DNA of 64,000 nucleotides, taken from an uncultured Acidimicrobiia bacterium. Its GTDB lineage: Bacteria; Actinomycetota; Acidimicrobiia; Spongiisociales; UBA5794. The stretch covers positions 373,495 to 437,494 of the forward strand of contig CAWBYA010000008.1 of assembly GCA_963792895.1 (NCBI GenBank). Direction: 5' to 3'. Below the pieces are notes generated by a model that saw nothing but the letters and a program-made list of their open reading frames with translations, was not told the DNA's origin and did not search any database. Every line of letters starts with the position of its first letter. Positions within the stretch are counted from its first letter, which is position 1. The position numbers and the translations under genes were made by a program. This document shows positions 18,919 through 26,044 of the stretch, piece after piece.

Positions 18919-19629
18919 ATGAACACGGACCACGTCGCAATCGTCACCGGTGGTACCGGCGCCCTCGGGCAGTCTCTGGTGCCCGTCCTCTTGAGGCGCA
19001 ACTTCAAGGTGGCGGTGACCTACCTCGTACCTGAAGAAGCTCGCGCCCTGGAGTCGAGTCTCGACGTCGACGAAGACCGCATGGTGCTGCGCAGGGTCGA
19101 CTGCACGGATGCCGAAGCGGTCAATCGATTCATGAAGGAGACCGTCGAAGCCTTCGGGCACATCAACGTTGTGTGTGCGCTGGTCGGCGGCTGGGCCGGC
19201 GGTCGCGATGTCGGAGAGACCGACGACGTGCGGTTCGATCGTATGCTCGACATCAATCTCCGCTCTACCTTCTATACGGTACGCGCTGCGATACCCCACG
19301 TCCTCGAGGCCGACTGGGGCCGCATCATCGCCATGGGCAGCCGTGCCGCCGTCGACACCCCGGCGGGTCAAGCGGCCTTCAACGTCGCAAAAGCCGGGGT
19401 GGTCACCCTGATCAAGAGCTTGGCCAACGAGCTCGACGACACGAACGTCACCGCCAACGTCATCCTCCCCGCAGTGATCGACACAGAAGACACCCGTGCC
19501 GCGCTGCCTTACGCCGACTACGTACGGTGGCCCAAACCGGCCGAGATCGCCAGCGTGGTGGACTTCCTCGCCAGCCCGCAGTCGGCGGTCATCAACGGTG
19601 CGGCGATACCCGTCTATGGTCAGAGCTGA
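18919..19629 (+). CDS. SDR-family oxidoreductase
   Basis: HVAIVTGGTGALGQSLV Rossmann motif, catalytic Y-x3-K region (FNVAKAG), 236 aa. Confidence 0.75.
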   Translation: MNTDHVAIVTGGTGALGQSLVPVLLRRNFKVAVTYLVPEEARALESSLDVDEDRMVLRRVDCTDAEAVNRFMKETVEAFGHINVVCALVGGWAGGRDVGETDDVRFDRMLDINLRSTFYTVRAAIPHVLEADWGRIIAMGSRAAVDTPAGQAAFNVAKAGVVTLIKSLANELDDTNVTANVILPAVIDTEDTRAALPYADYVRWPKPAEIASVVDFLASPQSAVINGAAIPVYGQS

Positions 19630-19681
19630 CCGGTAGGCGCATGCGGACACCAGGGAGCGCCGGTGGCGAGAGGGGCCACAC

Positions 19682-20434
19682 ATGACAGGTAGGGATGGAT
19701 TCAGCTCGGACGATCTACTGCGCCAGGCGCGTGAGGCGATCGCACGCAAGGACGTCACGGAGAACGATGACGAGCGAGCGGCCTCGTCTCGAACGGAGCC
19801 GACAGCGCCACCGCCCGATCCCTCCCCGACTCTTCCGCGGTTCGAGACCGTCGCGGCGGAGCCGTATGAGCCCCACGAAGAGCCGGATCGCCTCGTGTCC
19901 GAGCGCCCCCGGCCCGCCACCGACGGCATGGTCAGACCGACCGATCGTATCGCTACGGGTGTTCCCCCATCTACGAAACGCCGCCCGGCGGTGGCGGTTG
20001 GAATCGCGATCGCCATCTTCTCGGTCGGCTTTGCGGTCTTCGTCGCCGGGCTCGTCGATGACTCCACCGACGTCCAGAACGTCGGTGTCGGGACATGTCT
20101 CAACGATCCGGGGGGCGAGGTCGTAACCGGGATCGACCCGATCCCGTGTGACGAGCCCCATCAATTCGAGATGATCGGATCCGTGAAGATTCCCGGCGAC
20201 GCCTTCCCCGGGAACGACGAGTCGTTCGACCTCGCCATCGATCGTTGTGTACCGATGTTCGAGGAATACGTCGGCATCGCCTACCAGGACTCGCTCTGGT
20301 GGCTCAATGCCTTCACCCCGACTGCCGAAGGGTGGGAAAGCGGCGACCGCATCGCCAACTGTCTCGTCTTCCAGTTCGACGACGACCGCAACATCGTCTC
20401 GGTGACGGGCTCGGCCAGAGGCGACGGACGCTGA
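19682..20434 (+). CDS. septum-formation-family membrane-anchored protein
   Basis: 250 aa; cytoplasmic N-terminus, single TM (VAVGIAIAIFSVGFAVFVAGLV), extracellular domain with conserved Cys pattern (CDEPHQFE...CVPMFEEY...NCLVFQFDD). Confidence 0.6.
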   Translation: MTGRDGFSSDDLLRQAREAIARKDVTENDDERAASSRTEPTAPPPDPSPTLPRFETVAAEPYEPHEEPDRLVSERPRPATDGMVRPTDRIATGVPPSTKRRPAVAVGIAIAIFSVGFAVFVAGLVDDSTDVQNVGVGTCLNDPGGEVVTGIDPIPCDEPHQFEMIGSVKIPGDAFPGNDESFDLAIDRCVPMFEEYVGIAYQDSLWWLNAFTPTAEGWESGDRIANCLVFQFDDDRNIVSVTGSARGDGR

Positions 20435-20505
20435 CAGGCACGGCAGACCCGCCGCGCCGCCGGGGCCGGACGTTCGTCACTGCGCTGGTCGTCGTCGTTG
20501 CGGCA

Positions 20506-20916
20506 GTGGTGGTGGCGATCGTCGTTGTGAGCTTGTTCGACCGATCAGCCTCTGCCCTGTCGCTGCGTCGAGGAGACTGTCTGCTCGATCCGGGGGCAGA
20601 TCGAGTTGTCGATGTCGACCGGGTCGCCTGTGACTCGCCGCACCAGTTCGAGGTCATCGGTTCGGTGAGCTTTCCCGGCGCGACGTTTCCGGGCGACGAG
20701 GCTCTCGTTGCGCAGGGACGAGCGGCATGCGAGCCCCTGTTCGTCGACTACGTGGGCCAGCCGTACGACACGTCGCCGTGGTTCGTCAATGTGTTCACGC
20801 CGACGGCCGAGGGGTGGGCGAATGGCGAGCGCAGCACCACGTGCCTCGTCTTCCAGTTCGACGAGGCCCTCGAGATTCGGACGGTCACGGGGTCTGCAGC
20901 CGGGTCGGGGCGCTAG
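20506..20916 (+). CDS. septum-formation-family protein, tandem paralog (start uncertain)
   Basis: same domain pattern as upstream gene (CDSPHQFEVIGSV...CEPLFVDYVG...TCLVFQFDE); reading frame open from 20431 but no ATG/GTG/TTG before the TM segment, first GTG at 20506. Confidence 0.45.
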   Translation: MVVAIVVVSLFDRSASALSLRRGDCLLDPGADRVVDVDRVACDSPHQFEVIGSVSFPGATFPGDEALVAQGRAACEPLFVDYVGQPYDTSPWFVNVFTPTAEGWANGERSTTCLVFQFDEALEIRTVTGSAAGSGR

Positions 20917-20934
20917 GAGGGTGCTGCCCGGCGG

Positions 20935-21450
20935 CTACTTCTTCTTCTTCTTGCTCTTCTTGCTCGACCCGGAGCTCTCGCTCTCGATCTTGTACCGAGT
21001 CTCCACCGTCCCGATGGTCGAGCCGTCATCGCTGAACTCGGTGTAAGTGACCTTGATCTCCTCGAAGCTGTTGGCGATGACCACGGTCGGCGGTCCGGCT
21101 TCGTCGTTGCCCGATGCGTTGATCTGGTACGACGTCACCATGACGTTCGTGAGCTCGTATGCGAGGTAGGTGACCCGGGTCCCGCCGTACGTGGCGGTCA
21201 GCTCGACATGGAGCTTGGGGACGACCTCGCCCTTCACGCACTTTTCCTGCAGCTTGGGCGACGCCTTGTCGTAGTCCATGGTGAGCACCATGTCATCGAC
21301 GACGGCAGCCCCGCGCCTGCGGCTTTGCCCGGTTGCGCCACCTCCCGGCCGGCGCACCCCCCAGTCGAGGGCGAGGAGATCGATCCACTTGTCGTGGTGA
21401 GCGTCCCGCGACTCCCCATCGACACCGTCGTAGTTCGCAAAGATGGCCAT
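20935..21450 (-). CDS. hcp: Hcp-family protein (type VI secretion tube protein homolog) with Ser/Lys-rich C-terminal tail
   Basis: MAIFANYDGVDGESRDAHHDKWIDLLALDWG...KASPKLQEKCVKGEVVPKLHVELTATYGG...YLAYELTNVMVTSYQ...VIANSFEEIKVTYTEF aligns along its length with Hcp1 hallmarks (e.g. P. aeruginosa Hcp1); tail SESSGSSKKSKKKKK; GC about 60% vs about 70% flanks; alternative upstream start at 21486. Confidence 0.8.
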   Translation of the reverse strand: MAIFANYDGVDGESRDAHHDKWIDLLALDWGVRRPGGGATGQSRRRGAAVVDDMVLTMDYDKASPKLQEKCVKGEVVPKLHVELTATYGGTRVTYLAYELTNVMVTSYQINASGNDEAGPPTVVIANSFEEIKVTYTEFSDDGSTIGTVETRYKIESESSGSSKKSKKKKK

Positions 21451-22096
21451 CGCACGCTCCGTGTTTGCAGCATCGAACCGAACCAATCGCTCCAGAACCT
21501 ATCGCAACTGGGATGGATGTGCGGCCCGGGCCCACGCTGCAACCGGTGCCGTCGAGGCTGAAAGGTCGACTTCGTCGTCGGTCATCTCCGGCGCCATGCT
21601 GATTCCGGAATGCCCTCTGCGGTTGCGGGCCCCGCCGGCACGCTCAACGGCTACCTCGGCATATCCGAGTCCCATTCCTCGACGCCCAAGACCAACACCG
21701 GTCGATGCACTCATGGACGTGGGCGGCATCCCCGTTTGCAGACTCTGTGATCTGCTCGCTACAAAGCTCGAGTCGTCGGTGACCGTGGTGCGCTCGGGGA
21801 TTGCTTCGACCTGCTCACGATCGAGCGCGACACCCGGTGATGGAAGGCGCCCACGGCGGCACCCCTTCTTCACCTCGCGGTTGGACAGCCGGTCTGAGGC
21901 GGACGCATGACCTTGGCTCAGTCGCCACTGTCGGCAGCCGTCGGTCGGCCGCATGGAACGCGCCGAGTAGTCGACAAGCCGCGCCTGACCAAAGCGCGAG
22001 GTGCCGTTTTTCCGATACTTCACAGGACGTGCGTTCGTGTCGGAGATGCGGTTGATCGGCGTGGTCGGAGGGCCGGCGGCGCCTAGAGTCCGATGC

Positions 22097-22780
22097 ATGG
22101 ACATCCTTCTCATCGCTGGGTTGTGGCTACCCCGCTCGATTTGGGCCGACGTCTGTGGTGAGCTGGAGAGCCGTGGGCACCGGCCGTTGCCGGTGGCTCT
22201 GCCCGGTGTCGATGACGCCTCGACCACGGCGACGTTGGCCGATCAGGTGACGGCCGTCCTGGCTGAGGTCGACGATGCCGATCGACCGATGGTCGTCGGG
22301 CACTCGGCGGCTTGCACTCTGGCGTGGATGATCGCCGACCGGCGGCCGGACACGATCAGTCGGGTCGTGCTGGTGGGCGGATTCCCGTCTTCCCAGGGCG
22401 AGGCCTACGCCGACATCTTCCCAACCGTCGACGGCGCAATGGCCTTCCCGGGTTGGGCACCGTTCGAGGGGGCCGACTCGGGTGACCTCGGCGACGCCGA
22501 TCGGGAACGCATCGCCTCGGAAGCCGTTCCCGTTCCTGAGGGTGTCGCCAAGGGGATCGTCCGGTTGAGCGACGATCGACGCTTCGACGTTCCCGTGCTC
22601 CTGGTCTGCCCCGAGTTCAGCCCCGACCAGGCCAAGGCGTGGATGGACGCCGGCGATGTCCCCGAGCTCAGCCGGGCCAGGCAAGTCGCGTTCGTCGACA
22701 TCGACTCGGGACACTGGCCGATGGTCAGTCAACCCGCTGAACTGGCCCGGATCCTCGACGATGCGACCAAAGAAGGCTGA
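22097..22780 (+). CDS. alpha/beta-hydrolase-fold protein
   Basis: 227 aa; MVVGHSAAC nucleophile elbow (G-H-S-A-A), C-terminal D/H candidates; typical size. Confidence 0.6.
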   Translation: MDILLIAGLWLPRSIWADVCGELESRGHRPLPVALPGVDDASTTATLADQVTAVLAEVDDADRPMVVGHSAACTLAWMIADRRPDTISRVVLVGGFPSSQGEAYADIFPTVDGAMAFPGWAPFEGADSGDLGDADRERIASEAVPVPEGVAKGIVRLSDDRRFDVPVLLVCPEFSPDQAKAWMDAGDVPELSRARQVAFVDIDSGHWPMVSQPAELARILDDATKEG

Positions 22781-22795
22781 ACCCCGAAGACCGGT

Positions 22796-22957
22796 GTGGT
22801 CCGCGAACTCGACGCGTCGGCCTGGGACGGCTTCGCTGAGCTCGTCGAGCGCAACAATCGGATCTTCGGGGGTTGCTGGTGTGTCGGCTGGCACCCCGAG
22901 TGCGGGCAGCAAGGGATCAACCATCGCGAGGTCAAGGAACACCGGCCCCCGCGCTGA
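22796..22957 (+). pseudogene. GNAT N-acetyltransferase N-terminal fragment (partial duplication of downstream gene)
   Basis: GTG-initiated 54-codon ORF VVRELDASAWDGFAELVERNNRIFGGCWCVGWH parallels IRELTPDLWPALEDLFDTSGAVGRCWCMYWR of the gene at 23061; lacks acetyl-CoA-binding core. Confidence 0.35.
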
Positions 22958-23060
22958 GTGAACGCGCGCAGGTCGGTCACCGCTCCTCAAAGTGCCGTTG
23001 GAGCGCACTCGGCGAGCGCCACAGAGCGGGTCTAGCTTATGGAACGCAAAGGGAGCCTTC

Positions 23061-23621
23061 ATGGACCGTGTCATTCGTGAACTCACCCCAGATCTGTGGC
23101 CTGCGCTTGAGGACCTGTTCGACACGTCCGGCGCCGTCGGCCGTTGCTGGTGCATGTACTGGCGTATCGGTAGCCGATATCGCGACGTGGACCGCGACGC
23201 CAACAAGGCAGCGTTCCGCAAGGTCTTGGACGACGGACCGCCCCCGGGTTTGCTCGCGTTCGATGACGATGTCGCCGTTGGGTGGTGCCAGCTCACGCCT
23301 CGCGATGCGTTGCCGTGGCTGGATCGCACGTGGCGACTCAGGCGTGTTGACGAGGTCCCAGTGTGGTCGATCTCATGCTTCTACGTGCGAAAGGGTTACC
23401 GCAGACAGCGTGTCGCGAGTGCCATGATCACTGCGGCAGTGGATGCCGCCAAGCGCGCCGGCGCCCCAGCGGTCGAGGCGTATCCGCTTGACGCAGACTT
23501 GACACCGAGCACCTCGCACACCGGGTACGCAACGACGTTCAAGCGCGCTGGGTTCAAGATCGTTGGTCGACATGTGCCTTCTCGCCCGATCATGCGCTAC
23601 GACTTCCGGCACGCAGACTGA
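23061..23621 (+). CDS. GNAT-family N-acetyltransferase
   Basis: 186 aa; start atg 23061 (MDRVIRELTP); core VRKGYRRQRVASAMITAAVDAAKRAGAPAVEAYP resembles GNAT motif A. Confidence 0.65.
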   Translation: MDRVIRELTPDLWPALEDLFDTSGAVGRCWCMYWRIGSRYRDVDRDANKAAFRKVLDDGPPPGLLAFDDDVAVGWCQLTPRDALPWLDRTWRLRRVDEVPVWSISCFYVRKGYRRQRVASAMITAAVDAAKRAGAPAVEAYPLDADLTPSTSHTGYATTFKRAGFKIVGRHVPSRPIMRYDFRHAD

Positions 23622-23849
23622 ACAGCATTCAGGCCGCACAGAACACTCACCACCCAGGGCGTTATCGAGCACACACGAGCGTCCGGGATGCGGCATATCA
23701 TGCAATCGGCGCCACCGCGTCGATACGTGGAAGGCGACGGGAGCGGTGGGTGCTCAGCGTTTCGAGACCGAGGGTGTCTCGGTCCACGTCTGCTCGAAAG
23801 TGCGCTGTTGGGCTGCTCGGTGCTGGATCTCGGCGAGCCGCCGCCACAC

Positions 23850-24275
23850 GTAACCGTCGCCCTCCCGGTGTTCGTCTTCGACACGCTGGCACGACACTGC
23901 GATGACCACCCACCCGCCGGCGACATGGTGTGGACCACACAGCGAGGCGACCTCCTGCAACGCGGCTCCTTCGGCCGCATCTGGAGGAGAGCGGTCGCCG
24001 AGTCGGTGGGGCCACCCTGTCGCGTTCACGATCTTCGACACACCCACGCTGCATGGCTGATTGCCGACGGAGAGCACCCGAAGGCGATCCAGGCGCGGCT
24101 GGGGCACAGCTCGATCACCGTGACGATGGACCGCTACGGACACCTGATGGACGGGCTCGATGACGAGATCGCCGCGCATCTGGACACTCGTGCCGCTGCT
24201 GCCGCGCCCCCACCGCGCCCCGAGGCCCGAGCACCAGCAGAGCCGACCGACCCCCAAACACGTCGAAACCCCTGA
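23850..24275 (+). pseudogene. tyrosine recombinase/phage integrase, C-terminal catalytic fragment only
   Basis: RVHDLRHTHAAWLIADGEHPKAIQARLGHSSITVTMDRYGHLM = integrase box II (HxxR ... Y); no N-terminal SAM/core-binding or box I region upstream; ends 86 nt from tRNA-Glu 3-prime end. Confidence 0.6.
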
Positions 24276-24295
24276 CGCACAGGGTTCTCGATGAT

Positions 24296-24326
24296 GCAGA
24301 AACCCCCGCCTGGCGGGGGTTTCTGC
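24296..24326. terminator. perfect 15-bp inverted repeat hairpin between convergent integrase remnant and tRNA-Glu
   Basis: gcagaaacccccgcc t ggcgggggtttctgc; GC-rich stem, no U-tract (common in high-GC actinobacteria). Confidence 0.4.
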
Positions 24327-24360
24327 CAACGGACTCGCCGAAGGCGAGTACGGTAGGACG

Positions 24361-24433
24361 TAGCCCCGACCGGATTTGAACCGGCGTTACCGCCTTGAGA
24401 GGGCGGCGTCCTAGGCCCCTAGACGACGGGGCC
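24361..24433 (-). tRNA. tRNA-Glu (anticodon CTC)
   Basis: reverse complement folds as cloverleaf: acceptor GGCCCCG/CGGGGCT, D-arm GTCT..GGAC, anticodon stem CCGCC/GGCGG with loop CTCTCAA, T-arm GCCGG TTCAAAT CCGGT; no encoded CCA. Confidence 0.85.
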
Positions 24434-24501
24434 AGGGGAGACGGATATTAACCGCCGACGAGATGCCAACTGCGCAGCTGTGCCGCCGGCGCCCCGCGGA
24501 G

Positions 24502-24573
24502 CTCGGGGGGGAGGACTCGAACCCCCAACGACAGGACCAGAACCTGCTGTGTTACCGATTACACCACCCCCGA
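24502..24573 (-). tRNA. tRNA-Gln (anticodon CTG)
   Basis: reverse complement: acceptor TCGGGGG/CCCCCGA (U1-A72 typical of tRNA-Gln), D-arm GTGT..ACAC, anticodon stem GCAGG/CCTGT loop TTCTGGT, T-loop TTCGAGT. Confidence 0.85.
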
Positions 24574-24661
24574 AGGGCGGTGCGGAAGGATAGGGAGACG
24601 GGTGAAAAAGGCCAAGCCGCCCCATTGCGTTGTCCCCGGACCCGGGTACGCTGCCCTTGGG

Positions 24662-26044
24662 ATGCAGGGCAGGAAACGCCTCGGGGGGATCATCGCAGCA
24701 GCAGCGCTGCTCGCAGCCGCGTGCTCTTCTCCCGCTGCGACCACCGCAGCCGGAACAGCCGGCCCAAGCCCCGAACCCGGCGCAACGACGACCGTTGCCA
24801 TCTCTTCAGATGGTGCGACGACGCCACAGCAACCCCCTTCGTGTGACGCGACGCCGGACCTCGCCGGCGGCGATCCGCAGCCGTGGCATACCGACGTCAC
24901 CGTCGAGGCCACGGCTTTCCAGGAACCGGGTGCCGATGGGCCAGGTATCCGGGCCGTCGTGTATCCGCACCCGGATTATCGCGGCAAGCCGTGGTCGCAG
25001 TGGGGGCAGGGAGTCGTTCTCGCCGACGGCCGGTTCCTGTCCGCGATCGGCGACCACTTCGGGGCAGACGGGAACTCGTTCATCTACGAGTACGACCCTG
25101 CGACGAGCACGCTCGTCCAGATCGCAGACGTCCTTTCGCTCGTGGACCACACGGCCGGCGAGTGGGGCTACGGCAAGATCCACGCCCAGATGGTGGAACT
25201 CGGCTGCGGCGAGGTCTACCTGTCGACCTATTGGGGCTCTCGCCGCAACCTCACGTACACCGACGAGTACCAGGGCGATCTCCTCTTTCGCCTCGACCCT
25301 GCGGGCCGCACGAGCGCAGAGGTCGGCGTGATCCTGCCTGAGCACGGCGTCGCGTCGATGGCCGGCTGGTCGCACGGCGGTCTGCTCTACGCAGAGGCCG
25401 CCGACCCGTTCGGCCAGAAGACGGGCTCGTTCGTGGTCCTCGATGCCGCCACTGGTGGGCAGGTGTTCGAGGATGCCGACGACGCCCACGGCGGCTACCG
25501 CGCCGTCGCCGTCGACGCTGCAGGTCGGGCGTACATCACCTGGAACGAGACCTCCCTCGCCCGCTACGACCCGGATACCAACACCCTCACACCCCTCGAC
25601 GTGACGATGCCGGGCGGGATACTACGCGCCGTGACGGTTCCCGACGCAAACGGCACGATCTTCGCTGCGACCAGAGATCCAGCCGTGTTCTTCAGCCTCA
25701 CGGAAGACGGCACGATCACCGAGCTCGGCCCGGCTCGCGGCTACACCACTTCGATCGCTCTCTCCCCAGACGGGAGCCGCTTCTACTACGTGCCAGACGC
25801 CCACGGTGGTGCGTGGCGTGAAGGGACGCCGCTCATCGCCGTAGACACCACCACCGGTGAGGAAGCGGTCATCGCCGAGCTCCAGCCGATCGTCGGGGAA
25901 GCGCTCGGGCTCAAGCTCGGCGGAACCTACAACGTCGCCGTCGACGAGTCGGGCAGCCGGATCTATGTCGGCCTCAACGCCGGCGAGCTGGCGGGCGGGG
26001 AGAGCTTCGGCGAGGTCGTGCTCGTCGTCGTCACCCTGCCGTGA
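24662..26044 (+). CDS. lipoprotein with predicted beta-propeller domain
   Basis: 460 aa; signal peptide ending in lipobox LAAAC; Ala/Thr/Pro-rich linker; repeated beta-strand-rich segments (YEYDPATSTL..., YITWNETSLARYDPDTNTL...); 4-nt overlap with downstream gene. Confidence 0.5.
   Translation: MQGRKRLGGIIAAAALLAAACSSPAATTAAGTAGPSPEPGATTTVAISSDGATTPQQPPSCDATPDLAGGDPQPWHTDVTVEATAFQEPGADGPGIRAVVYPHPDYRGKPWSQWGQGVVLADGRFLSAIGDHFGADGNSFIYEYDPATSTLVQIADVLSLVDHTAGEWGYGKIHAQMVELGCGEVYLSTYWGSRRNLTYTDEYQGDLLFRLDPAGRTSAEVGVILPEHGVASMAGWSHGGLLYAEAADPFGQKTGSFVVLDAATGGQVFEDADDAHGGYRAVAVDAAGRAYITWNETSLARYDPDTNTLTPLDVTMPGGILRAVTVPDANGTIFAATRDPAVFFSLTEDGTITELGPARGYTTSIALSPDGSRFYYVPDAHGGAWREGTPLIAVDTTTGEEAVIAELQPIVGEALGLKLGGTYNVAVDESGSRIYVGLNAGELAGGESFGEVVLVVVTLP

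Noticed and set aside
21487-22096. Housekeeping structured RNA (RNase P, tmRNA, SRP RNA) in the long spacer
   Set aside because: Searched by eye for GGAAAGTCCGG (RNase P), tmRNA 5-prime/3-prime tRNA-like ends and the SRP GGAAGCAG motif on both strands. None found. This cannot be excluded without a covariance-model scan.
21499-22227. 242-aa minus-strand ORF and 155-aa plus-strand ORF in the Hcp-hydrolase spacer
   Set aside because: Translations are Arg/Ser/Gly low-complexity with no periodic codon bias. Overlaps the start of the alpha/beta hydrolase. Treated as non-coding spacer instead.
20900-24300. Possibility of a complete T6SS or phage-tail-like cluster around Hcp
   Set aside because: Neighbouring genes are septum-formation proteins, a hydrolase, GNATs and an integrase remnant. 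No sheath, baseplate, spike or ATPase homologs in the window.
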